Shown: one piece after another, positions 51,280-64,000 of the stretch
Position numbering within the stretch: the stretch's first letter is position 1
How the letters are laid out: every line of letters starts with the position of its first letter
DNA from: Eledone cirrhosa
Taxonomy: Eukaryota
Reading direction: 5' to 3'
NCBI GenBank assembly: GCA_964016885.1
Contig: OZ024743.1
Location: 91,388,001-91,452,000 of the forward strand
DNA: 64,000 nt
Notes under the pieces: model-generated
Databases searched by the model: none
What the model saw: only the letters and a program-made list of their open reading frames with translations
Told to the model about the DNA's origin: nothing
Position numbers and translations under genes: made by a program

Positions 51280-54200
51280 ACAGACACACAAACACAGACT
51301 GCTGACACACATACACACATACATACAGACTGTTGTAATACATACACACATACATACAGACTGTTGTACACACATACTGTTGTAATACACAGACAATTGT
51401 AATACATACACACATACATACAGACTGTTGTAATACATACACACATACATACAGACTGTTGTAATACACAGACAATTGTAATACATACACACATGCATAC
51501 AGACTGTTGTAATACACAGACAATTGTAATACATACACACATGCATACAGACTGTTGTAATACAGACAATTGTAATACATACACACATGCATACAGACTG
51601 TTGTAATACACAGACAATTGTAATACATACACACATGCATACAGACTGTTGTAATACACAGACAATTGTAATACATACACACATACATACAGACTGTTGA
51701 AACACACACACACAGACAATTGTAACACACACACACACACTGACTGTTGAAACACACACAGTGTTATAACATACATTTCTAATAGTGTACACTGATTATT
51801 GACAGAATGAGAATCATGTGAAAATAAAATGAAGAGTTGAGAGTAATGTCATTTAAGAACAGAAGAGAGGTGACATATTTAACACAACACATACAGAACA
51901 AATTGAGATGACAAATAGAAGTTCTTAAAAACATTTAATTTTTTACAGTTGTTTCAATAACTTTCCCAAATAAATACATAGCCAGGATGGACATAATAGA
52001 GAGGAGAAGGAGGAGGAGGAGGAGAAGAACAGTTCTTTGGCCCCAAACTTCATTGATATTTCTAGTTGTAACCCTTTAGCATTTACATTATTGGGATTGG
52101 CAGTATCGGACACCATGCTTTGCAGCATAGAGTTACGGCCCTTTATCATCTGAGTTCAAATCCCACCAGGGTTAACTTTGCCTTTCATCCTTACGGGGTC
52201 AATAAAATAAAGTACCAGTAATGCACTGGGTAATTACTGGCCTTGTGCCAAAAGTAGAAACAATTACATATACTATTGTATTTTTGTAGTAAAGGCTTTA
52301 CAAAGGACACAGACATACATATGTACACACAAGCACACATACATATGTACACACATACACACATACATATGTACACACAGACACACACAAGCACACATAC
52401 ATATGTACACACAAAAACACACATACATATGTACACACAAACACACATACATAAGTACACACAAACACACATACATAAGTACACACAGACACACATACAT
52501 AAGTACACACAGACACACATACATAGGCACACACAGACACACATATACATAAGTACACACAGACACACATACATAGGTACACACAGACACACACATGCAT
52601 AGGCACACACATACACACATACATATGTACACACAGACACACATATACTAGGTACACATAGACACACATATACATAGGTACACACAGAAACCCACATACA
52701 TATGTACACACATATACATTGGTACACATAGACACACATACATAGGCACACACAGACACACATATACATAGGTACTCACAGAAACCTACATACATATGTA
52801 CATACAGACACACATACATAGGTACACACAGAAACATACATACGTATGTACACACAGACACACATATACATAGGTACTCACAGAAACCTACATACATATG
52901 TACATACAGACACATACATAGGTACACACAGAAACATACATACGTATGTACACACAGACACACATACATAGGTACACACAGACACACACATAAATATGTA
53001 CACACATAAATATGTACACACAGACACACATACATAGGTACACACAGACACATAAATATGTACACACAGACACACACATAAATATGTACACACAGACACA
53101 CACATAAATATGTACATAGGAAGATGAGTGGACAGAAACATACATAAGTAGACACAGACACATGCATAGAAACATGACATGACACACACACATAGAATTG
53201 GACATACAAACACAATCACACAAGAATGGATACATACATACAGTCACAAGTGTACATACACATACATAAGTGTATAAATACATACAGTCACAAGTGTACA
53301 TACACATACATAAGTGTATAAATACATACAGTCACAAGTGTACATACACATACATAAGTGTATAAATACATACAGTCACAAGTGTACATACACATACATA
53401 AGTGTATAAATACAGTCACAAGTGTACATACACATACATAAGTGTATAAATACATACAGTCACAAGTGTACATACACATACATAAGTGTATAAATACATA
53501 GTCACAAGTGTACATACACATACATAAGTGTATAATACATACAGTCACAAGTGTACATACACATACATAAGTGTATAAATACATACAAGACAAGTATACA
53601 TACATATACATAAGTGTATAAATACATACAGTCACAAGTGTACATACACATACATAAGTGTATAAATACATAGTCACAAGTGTACATACACATACATAAG
53701 TGTATAAATACATACAGTCACAAGTGTACATACACATACATAAGTGTATAAATACATACAGTCACAAGTGTACATACACATACATAAGTGTATAAATACA
53801 TACAAGACAAGTGTACATACACATACATAAGTGTATAAATACATACAGACACAAGTGTACATACACATACATAAGTGTATAAATACATACAAGACAAGTG
53901 TACATACATATACATAAGTGTATAAATACATACAAGACACAAGTATACATACATAAGTGTATAAATACATACAAGGCACAAGTATACATACATAAGTGTA
54001 TAAATACATACAAACACAAGTGTACATACACATACATAAGTGTATAAATACATACAAGACAAGTATACATACATATACATAAGTGTATAAATACATACAA
54101 ACACAAGTATACATACATAAGTGTATAAATACATACAAGGCACAAGTATACATACATAAGTGTATAAATACATACAGTCACAAGTGTACATACACATACA

Positions 54201-54580
54201 TAAGCGTATAAATACATAGACACAAGTATACATACATATACATAAGTGTATAAATACATACAGACACAAGTGTACATACATATACATAAGTGTATAAATA
54301 CATACAAGACACAAGTATACATACATAAGTGTATAAATACATACAAGACACAAGTGTATGAACACATACATAAGTGTATAAATACATACAGACACAAGTG
54401 TACATACACATACATAAGTGTATAAATACATACAGACACAAGTATACATACATATACATAAGTGTATAAATACATACAGACACAAGTGTACATACACATA
54501 CATAAGTGTATAAATACATAGACACAAGAGTACATACACATACATAAGTGTATAAATACATACAGACACAAGTGTACATA
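51280..54580. repeat. CA/TA-rich minisatellite complex (including a ~44-bp unit at 53235-54580) with a Meta-like SINE at ~52095-52265
   Basis: Unit CAGTCACAAGTGTACATACACATACATAAGTGTATAAATACATA. Confidence 0.92.
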
Positions 54581-55503
54581 CATCATCATCATCAATGTTT
54601 AACATCCATTTTCCACACTAGCATGGGTTAGATGGATTGTCCCATTAGAGGCAAGTCAGATCAGGTGACCATGTCTTGTTCATATAGAATTATTATTGGC
54701 TAGGTTTCTATAGCTGAATGCCCTTCATAACGCCAATCACATTTACAGTTTGTGCTGGATGCTTTTTGTCGTGACTCCTACAAGACCATTTTACACTGCG
54801 GGCTGGATGCTTTTTGTCGTGACTCCTACAAGACCATTTTACACTGCGGGCTGGATGCTTTTTGTCGTGACTCCTACAAGACCATTTTACACTGCGGGCT
54901 GGATGCTTTTTGTCGCGACTCCTACACGACCACTTTACGGTGTGGGCTGGGTACTTTTTGTCGTTACTCCTACACGACCACTTTACCGTGTGGGTGGGTG
55001 CTTTTTGTCGTGACTCCTACACGACCACTTTACAGTGTGGGCTGGGTGCTTTTTGTTGTGACTCCTACACGACCACTTTACGGTGTGGGCTGGGTACTTT
55101 TTGTCGTTACTCCTACACGACCACTTTACCGTGTGGGTGGGTGCTTTTTGTCGTGACTCCTACACGACCACTTTACAGTGTGGGCTGGGTGCTTTTTGTT
55201 GTGACTCCTACACGACCACTTTACGGTGTGGGCTGGGTGCTTTTTGTCGTTACTCCTACACGACCACTTTACCGTGTGGGTGGGTGCTTTTTGTCAAGTC
55301 TCCTACACGAGGGTGGTGTGGACAGAAGTGTGTGGGTGGTGTGGACAGAAGTGTGTGGGTGGGTGTTGGAGCATGGAAGGAGGTATAGTGGTTAAGAGAT
55401 GCTTATTAGATGTATGTTTGAGTCCGTGTGCATGGGAAGGCGTGTCCTGTATTACCACATAACGCCAAAGATCTCGATCCTGTATCATTGTCTTTGAGAG
55501 GAT
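54581..55503 (-). mobile_element. RTE 3' end whose 3'UTR repeat is expanded into a 48-bp minisatellite
   Basis: (CAT)n tail, ~11 units at 54750-55300, ORF end LSKTMIQDRDLWRY. Confidence 0.85.
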
Positions 55504-55659
55504 ACGCAAATGTACAAACACATACGCAAATGTACAAACACATACACAAGTGTACAAACACACCAGTATACATACACGTTCATACACAAGTGTACATATA
55601 CTTACATACACAAGTGTACATACTCATACATACAGAAGTATCTATAAGAATAAATAAGA

Positions 55660-55945
55660 TATATAATTGTTTCTACTTTTGGCACAAAACCAGCAATTAA
55701 CCCAGTGCATTACTGGTACTTCATTTTATCGACTCCGTAAGGATGAAAGTCAAAGTTGACCTCGGCGGGATAAGATATATAATTGTTTCTACTTTTGGCA
55801 CAAGGCCAGCAATTATCACAGTGTATTACTGGTACTTTATTTTATCGACCCCTTAAGGATGAAAAGCAAAGTTAACCTCGGCGGGTTTTGAACTCAGTCC
55901 GTAAAGGGACGTAACTGTGCTGCAAAGCGTGGCGTCCGACCCTAA
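55660..55945 (-). mobile_element. Meta-like SINE with duplicated 3' half
   Basis: ATAAGATATATAATTGTTTCTACTTTTGGCACA occurs twice. Confidence 0.85.
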
Positions 55946-57254
55946 TGCCAAGTCCATATACACGTTGTGTCGCTGTGAAATTAGGTCCCACAAGGGGATT
56001 TTTCAACAGCTTACAGTGAAAATCGAACTGACAAGATGTCGTTTATTTAACACCTCACCAAAATTATCATCAACATCGTTTTTACGTCCATTTTTCCACG
56101 CTTGCATGGGTAGGATGGGTCCTTTTCAACTCAACACCTCTCCACTAGCAGCCATCTTTCGTCATCTATGTGAGTCTCAGTGATTTGAGATCAGCTCTTA
56201 GGACCATGTTAGAAGTGTACAAAGCATTAAGGCAGGTACTATGACTGCGTGTTTGATATTATCTGAGTCTGAGAAATATTTGTAATGTAATGGGTGGATA
56301 TCTTGTAGCTATCATTTACCAAGTAAACACCATATGTAAGAGTTGATTCAAAATGTAAACTAACAGCACAGAATTAAATTTAGAACCACACAATCAGGGG
56401 TCAACAGCACGCTAACATAAACACTGGTCTTTTATTATAATTCCACTCTAATCTAGGATGGTGAGTGTAGTGGTATGGTGGCGGTGACTCTAGAGTGTGT
56501 TTATAAGAATATAAATCAACTGAAGAAAGGAGGGTAAAATTAACCTTGGTGTAGTAATTAAATACTTGTAGATATTTTGTCTGATGCTCTACCGATTTTG
56601 ACAATTAACCGCCATTTGAGATAAAGATAAAGTATCAGTAGCATTTATTCATACATACACACACGTGTGTGTGTGTATATATGTATATATATATAGAGAG
56701 AGAGATAGTGGAATTGGAAATAACACGAAAAATATATTTAAAGGATGTTTTTCTTCTTGATTGTTAAGGGGCATTATTGAAAAAATGAGAGGAACATTTT
56801 TTTTTAAAAAAAGGAGTTTCATAATGTATATAAAATATAGCTGGTTTCGATGTATCAGTGTAATCCATCTTATCAAATGTTGAATATTGCAATTAAAAAT
56901 TTAAAATTAAGTATTGAAGGAGGTCTGTTCATTTTTCTTGTTGAGAAGACGACTGGGTCTAAACTGGAACCTTATATATATAAAGAGAGAGATAGTAGTA
57001 GTAGTGTTGGTAGTTGTGTTTTTTCACAGAAAATTATTTTTAGAGAGAGGAAATTTTTCTGTATATGTGTGTATCTCAATTGTGTTAAAAGACTGGTCAA
57101 GAGTTCAGATGGGAGTGATGAAGAGGAGAAATGTAAGCTAGAGACAAGTGCTTTAGTAGGAGGGGGGGGGGGGTAAATGGGATTGTCAAAAGCATAGGAT
57201 TGTAAAATAAATTCTATTTCAGGAATATGGTTTTAGAGAGCAAATTTTTGAGGC

Positions 57255-58200
57255 AAGCTAACACGCGCGCAACATTACCGCAGGTAATGGCGAGGCTAAG
57301 GTACTGAAACAACCAGGCACCCCCACGGACCTCGGCTGACACCCTGGCAAGAACTTCGCTGTCAGCGCCCCAGCTCCAACAAATGTGTCAAACTCCACAG
57401 GCTGTATAAAAAGTTATTTGATAGTTCCCAGTATTTTAGGATTTTATTCCATTCGGCAACGGAAGCAGTGATCCTCACATTTACTGCGGCATTCATGATA
57501 TGGGAGAGAGCAAAAGAGTCACTGACTGTGGCGTCCCAGATGAGACATCAACCTCTGACCCAGTGACAAATGGTAAGACCGTCTGGTCTCTTCCCATCAA
57601 TTCTGGATAATCCAGCAGGCTCCAGAACCAAGGGGTATTTACCTGAGCTAGGGCCTGCTTAATGATCATGTGTGGCAGGCGAAGTGACGAGCATTCAGGA
57701 AATGACAAACGCAGCTTTCTCCACTGAAGTAAAGTTTTATCCATCTCCCTGGTGGGACTAGTCCATGTTGGAAAGGATAGGATGTTACCCACTAAAAGGG
57801 AGCAAGCGTGAATGGAAGAAAGAAAACAAGGTAGAGACAAAGATGAGCATTTACGCAGACCGTGACCTCCAAACCATTTGGGCAAGGCTGCCTGGTCGCG
57901 TGACTCTAGGGAGAGTCTACATTCACCAAACCCACAATTTCACTGAATATTAAGTCGTCAAAGTGTTGGAGAGATGACGAGAATCCGTAAGAGGGACTAA
58001 CACTGAGGAAATACAACTTAGGGATCGACAAGTAATTCATAAGTATAAAAAAAACCTTTGATGAGGCTCAATAGCCTCGAGGTATTTTTTTAAAATTTGC
58101 TCGAGGTTAGCCAACTTAGATTGAAAGGTGGACTCTCATTGGGGCTCCAAGGGAACACCACGATGATGAGGGGGGGGGGCAATAGAGGGGAAGGACTCAG
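57255..58200 (-). mobile_element. Degenerate CRE-clade element, restriction-like endonuclease region
   Basis: ARHF...[50 protein letters not shown]. Confidence 0.85.
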
Positions 58201-59815
58201 TAAACAGGTTTACAGTCTGCTGGTGTGAAGCTGGGTGGTTGAGCTTTTTTTTTCTCTCTCTCGTCGTGATCATATATTTTTGTGAATTATATTTACGAAG
58301 TTCATAGCAATAATTAATTGTATTTATTATGTGTTTATATTTTCATTCCGTAAGAATTATAAACAATTCGTAATGTTATTTATACAACTGGGAATAAAAC
58401 AAGTTTATTTCCTATTTTTGAGTACCAATAAAGTACATGTAAAATTTGAATACAGAAAATTTTAATTAAAAAAAAAAAACAGGTTGTTCTAATAAAGCAA
58501 ATATAATAATATAAACAATCTGTGATATTCGAATAAACACGCAAGCAGCACATGGTTGCTGAACCTGCTAACAATAACAGCCAAATCTCCCTCAAATCAC
58601 AACTTACAGCTTTATAAAAAGATCAGATTTGTTCCTTTTAGCATGAGAATGTTTGACAACATTACTTAAATAACAATAACACAACCTTTGTAGAAAACAC
58701 AGGTTCTTTGTTCTAGGACCAAGTGTAACTTCTATAGTGTTTTCAAATGATTGTATATATAATACATAACAAAAGTTTACATAATAAAGTTGATAAAAAG
58801 TATTACATACGTACACAATGTGGACAATAATCTGCCGAGTTTCGCAGATTGCAGCTCATCACAATATATTCTCTACTTTGATATTGATCATTTTTTCTAC
58901 GTCTTTGCGAACCAAAACTTATACACACACATACTTAAAAAGGCTTACTGAAACCGAAACCGATTGGCGCCGCGGTCGGGATTTTACATCTCTCTCTCTA
59001 TATATATATATATATATTATATATATTTAAAACCATTTCTATATTATAATATATATTATACATATATAGTGAAAGGTTAGTGCCCGACAGCTGAGCTCAA
59101 GCCATTTCAACATACTCTACTTTTCCAAATATCGAGTACTTACTTCCGGATCTCGAATAGTGTGTGTTATACATTAAAAAAACACTATAGATGACAAAAA
59201 AAAAGTACATTGTTAGAAATCTCATACGTTATAAAATAAATAGGATGGGTTGGGGTCTTAATATGTAAACTAAACGACTAATTCTGGATTTTAAAAAAAA
59301 TCAATGGAGACAACCTAGAAATATCACCACCCACACACACCTACCTATTCCAACCCTCAACCCCCTATTCATTTAGACCCTACATGATTCTACTAGTCCA
59401 AAATGGTAACTCCCAATATATATATATATAAGTATCACAAATATATATATATTTGTGATACTTATTTAATCGACCCCAAGACCTGAAAGACAACCTGTGA
59501 TAGTTCAGTTAATAAGACAATTTTATAAAATTGTTATTTATATTTTATTTAATGTCATAATAAAATTAGTGTTGTGGGAATTGCTTCGGGGAAAATATAT
59601 GGATAGAGTTCTGCGATTGTTTGTGGAAAATTCCAGGAAACGACTGAATTATCTAATGTGTCTATAAACTCTAATTTGCTCTAATAATATTTATTTCATA
59701 ACCAAAAGACCTACATTTCAATATATGGGATTTGAGAATGTTTATACTTTCCGTATGAAACATTTACAATGTAACTGAAAATAAAATATTTCCTTCCAAC
59801 TGGTTCCATTAAGGA

Positions 59816-59957
59816 AACGAAACCGTGACACCAAATTCTGATATCATTTCAAAATAAAATAAACAAAACATACGATAAACGATATAACGAAACCGTGACA
59901 CCAAATTCTGATATCATTTCAAAATAAAATAAACAAAACATACGATAAACGATATAA
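59816..59957. repeat. Exact 70-bp tandem duplication
   Basis: Seen directly. Confidence 0.95.
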
Positions 59958-60609
59958 AAAAATACATTTTACAGCACCTGTTGTTAGGTAAAATCCAGTA
60001 ATATTCCCATTGATCAATAAAGTAATTTGAATGGAGAGATTTCTGTGACGAGAGAATAAATGAAGTTTGTTTAGTATCTGTCGGTTGAGGTGAATGACAG
60101 GAGAGAAGAAAGAGTGGAATAGAAAGAAAATGTAGATGGGTAGGTATGTGTTTGTGAGCGTGTGTGTATGTATATTTCAGAGTAGAAATGTATGTATGCG
60201 TCAGCGTGTGTGTTTGTAATGAGTGTGCGGATGTATGTCCCAGTGAGTGTCTATGCCAATGCGTCTGTATGTGGGAATGTAAAGCGAGTGAGGAGTGACA
60301 CAGTAGAATGTTAACAGTTAGAAAAATGTGGTGGTGGCTAAATTAACGAACGGTCAAGTTAAAGAGAACCGGTTGTTATATCGATAGACGATACGGTTGA
60401 ACTTGTAGTTTCTCTCATACAAACTATCGCAAAATCAAACTACAACTAAAATCAGTTCAAACTATTCGTAAATCTAAAAACAGACGCAAATTGCGAATTG
60501 ACTTTTTATATAACTAGTCGTTATGGCTTACTAGCTCTATACGGACGTTTAAATTAAATAAATAAATATATAAAGTTTCACAACCAGCTGCAAATGTGAC
60601 TTCCTATCG

Positions 60610-60661
<52 letters not shown>

Positions 60662-61999
60662 GTGTGCGTGTATTATGGATAAAGCGACATGGCTAGCATA
60701 CATTATGTTCACTTTGTGATGTAAATATATATGTACGCACTTACACACACACCTATTTATGTCCATACATGCTCACACACTCACCTAGATTTATAACTAT
60801 ACACACACACATCTAGATTTATAACTATCTGAATAAAATACACGTTGGGGTAGGTCAGTCGTCAGGGAAACATGTTATTAATAATTGTTTCTACTTTAGG
60901 CACAAGGCCAGCAATTACCCAGTGCATTACTCGTATATTAATAATAATCGTTATTTATTACAAAACTTTTTCTTGTTTGCTCTTTTATGAACTGTAGGTG
61001 AAACTTTTGCTAACATGATACTTCACCGCACACTAAACTACTACTCACTTCGCTTAGAAAGTAACACTAGCTACATATGCACCAACTGAATCTATCCGTC
61101 CGTCCTTTAAGAAGTTCAAAATACTACATGAGGAAAGAGAAAAACGTGTCAAGACAACAAAGGAGATGAACAATTATAACCAAAAGCTTTAATAAATGAA
61201 ATTCATGCGCAAGCGTGTCCGGAGATAAATGTATCAGATTGAAAGGTGTGGTCGGCTGTAGACGTACAAAGACATTCTTTATCTCAGGTCGGTATATATA
61301 AGAGGTCAGGCAGGAAGAACACGCACTTTTATACATGTGAACAATTCAGAATAGATTTATGGGTGATTACTCTGTAATCTATGATTAATTGTGAGAAAAT
61401 CTTCTCTGGTTCTCATTGTTTCATGACACGGCAACAAATACAGACTGCATTAGAAATAAATAATGTTGTTATAATTTATATGTTCTTCTGTTTCTTAGAT
61501 ACGATATGATATCTATTTATACATGTGTACGTTATGAAAAAGAAATACGGAGGAAATCAACGTTCCGGATATTAGTCTTTCGTCAAAAAGAGTAAAAAAC
61601 AGCAAAAGTGTTACAGCAGAGTGAATGAAAAATAAATTTCTGCCAACCTCTAAAAAAACCAAACAGGGAGTACCATGAAAGAAAGTGTCCCAAAGAGGGG
61701 AGAAATGAAGCAAAATAGGGAGATATTACATAATGAAAGCTACACCCATTTTCACAAAGTGGGTGGGAGATCTCCCCGTCCGACGGGGAGAGTTGACAAG
61801 TCTGTAATATGCTGAAGCCAGACGTAAAATTTAGGTCCTATTTGAACCACACTTCTCAATATATATCTTAATTAACTACCACCACAAGCACTAATAAGAA
61901 GCAAATTAGTATGTTCATTTTAGAAAACTATTAAGAGTGAATGGGTATATAAACCCATCAAATACATGTCTCCTTGTGGTTGTATAGATGATATACACA

Positions 62000-62043
62000 C
62001 CTTGTGATGAGGACCCAACTATGTCTGAAATTCGATTAAAGGG
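62000..62043 (+). ncRNA. Degenerate minimal hammerhead-like motif
   Basis: CCTT-GTGATGA-GGAC..GTCT-GAAA-TTCGA-TTA-AAGG. Confidence 0.35.
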
Positions 62044-62109
62044 GTTTATTATATTTTTTCATCAATTTACAGGGAAATTTGTATTTTTTGGCATGTTTAC
62101 ATGACTCGA

Positions 62110-62292
62110 GAGAGAGTGAAGAAGAGGCAGACAAAGAAAATCCTGGGGCGACAACATCAAAGACTGGACTGGTCTCAACCCCAAGACCCTTCTACACATG
62201 ACAGAGAATAGAGACCAATGGTGACAACTGACTGCAAAAACATCTAGAGTGGTACCCCAATGACTGGCTGCACCAGTTGTGGGAACATGACA
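62110..62292 (+). mobile_element. RTE (BovB-like) 3' remnant
   Basis: RRGRQRKSWGDNIKDWTGL...NRDQW. Confidence 0.7.
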
Positions 62293-62323
62293 TTAAAAAA
62301 TGTATATTTATATAATGGAGGCA

Positions 62324-62560
62324 CATGGCTCAGTGGTTAGAGCATTGGCCTTGCAAGTTGTGAGTTCAATTCTCAGACCGGGTGATGTGTTGTTTCCTTG
62401 AGCAAGGCACTTTATTTCACATTGCTCCAGTTTACTCAGCTGTAGAAATGAGATGATAGGACTGGGGTCCCTATCATTCCACTGCAATGCCCTTCCTAAC
62501 ACCAACCACATTTACAGTGTGGATTGGGAGCTTTTTACCGTGTTACCTACACGACCACAG
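62324..62560 (+). mobile_element. CORE-like SINE head joined to an inverted RTE 3'UTR piece
   Basis: A/B boxes and body to ~62488, then TGCCCTTCCTAACACCAACC in the antisense orientation. Confidence 0.8.
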
Positions 62561-63219
62561 TTCATCCAAATTTTAAGCACATAATTAATTATTACTTAAT
62601 TAAATAGATGAACAAAATATTGTAATCATTGGAATTAATCAAAGGAAAATATAATTAATTATTACCTCATAACACATAATGAAGTCAGATTTTAGCCTAG
62701 CAGCTAATGTTTAACATAAACAAGACATTGAATTTGAATTGGGCATATATATATTTATATACACACAGTGTATATGGTGTACTTACAAGTAACAAAGCAA
62801 AATATAGAGAATTAGAACTGTGAGAAAGCATCCCCCTCCCAATCCCTCAGCCCACCTCAAAATCCTAGCTCCATGCCAACAGGCTTACCTGCCTCCCTAT
62901 CGTTGGTTTGAGCCCCTGAGTTCTAGCCTAAAACAAGTACTGGGCTCCACTAAAACCTTACAATGAGTGGAAGCAGTGAAGCAGAACAAAAGAATATATT
63001 TGCATAGTAGCCAACTTCTACAACATTCTATATAGTCTGTGTAGCTTGTATGTTATACTAATTGTGGTTCAGTCTGTATCTATGTCATGTTAATTGTGGT
63101 TTATGAGAAAGAAGATAAGAGTTGATTTTAATTACAAAGACAAAAGTATTTTGCTTAAATCTAGGTAAAGGTAATTGTCACCAAAACTAACATTTTCTAT
63201 ATTTTAAATTGGCCACTCT

Positions 63220-63530
63220 GATAGGTTTGTGGTTGAGCCTGTGACAGTGGAGACTTCCAGCATTCTTGGCCCCTGAACTACATTGCTACTCACTGATATC
63301 GGAGCGGAGTTGGCTATCTGTAAGTGCGAGCCTGTGGTAGTGGAGACTTCCAGCATTTTTGGCCCTTAAAACACATCTCTACTCACTGTACTTACATCCC
63401 CACCCAGAGCAGAGTTGGCTATCTGCAAGTGCAAGCTTTACGAGGTGGAGTGGCTGTTCCAGCGTGTTTTCCTTGCCGTCCTCCAAGGCAATGTCTTCTC
63501 CATCCTGTTGGCAGGAACCATGAGACCATC
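63220..63530 (+). mobile_element. CRE-clade 3' remnant with an internal duplication
   Basis: EPVxVETSS occurs twice; WLFQRVFLAVLQGN. Confidence 0.75.
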
Positions 63531-63691
63531 TGACCCTAAACCTGCATTGACAGCTATAGTTACACCAATGTTGTTGTTTTTCACCGAATTTTGGTCAGTA
63601 TCTTGCTGTTAGGAAGTTGTCTCTCTTATGTGGCATATCGGCATTTGATCAGCAATGGATGAAGATGAAATTAAACATACAAACATAAATA

Positions 63692-64000
63692 TCTTCTTTG
63701 CCCACTTATTCCTGAGAGGGTTGTGGGGGAAGAGTCCTCAAACACTCCTTCTAGGTAGTCCTGTTAGAAGCAGCCCTCTCCAACTGATCCAGCTGGATCC
63801 CAAGCATGACCAGCCAAGTTCATGGATTGTAACCATCTTGCTCAGGATTTACCTCTGGGTCTCCTGTCGGCTGGTTTTGCCCGTAAAATCTGTCCAGCAA
63901 TTCTTGTCCTGAGACATTCAAACCACATACCCATAGTATCAGAGCTGTGATCTCCCAATTCAGAGAAGTAGTGGCTGTCTGATCTCAATGCTACATGCTC
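63692..64000 (-). mobile_element. (GAA)n-tailed RTE family 3' end
   Basis: Reverse-complement homology to 32249-32426 and 32680-32960. Confidence 0.8.

Noticed and set aside
51199-54605. Cys/Val/Tyr-rich ORFs
   Set aside because: CA/TA-rich minisatellite translations
57493-57885. 130-aa ORF first read as DIRS-like
   Set aside because: An alternative frame gives clear CRE endonuclease motifs (DGKRPDG, WDAT)
61770-61804. Hairpin CTCCCCGTC-C-GACGGGGAG as a terminator
   Set aside because: Eukaryotic context; more likely a hAT-like terminus (GGGAGAGTTGACAAGTCTG) with no partner end found

Overview
This window is AT-rich eukaryotic DNA, not prokaryotic. The SINE, RTE and microsatellite families suggest an octopus or other coleoid intron or intergenic region (inference). 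No host gene, rRNA, true tRNA or CRISPR array can be supported, and most ORFs in the track are repeat artefacts. The window is a mosaic of mobile elements and repeats. (i) Many copies of an (ATG)n-tailed RTE LINE whose reverse transcriptase carries a PHD finger between RT motifs 6 and 7. (ii) A second, (GAA)n-tailed RTE family. (iii) A near full-length degenerate Tx1/L1 LINE lying in a (GATA)n microsatellite. (iv) CRE-clade, CR1-like and Penelope-like (Naiad-type) fragments, with degenerate hammerhead motifs. (v) Two tRNA-type SINE groups, a solo LTR, and piggyBac- and hAT-type MITEs. (vi) About ten minisatellite arrays and many fold-back structures. All calls were made by eye, and the boundaries of degenerate elements are approximate.
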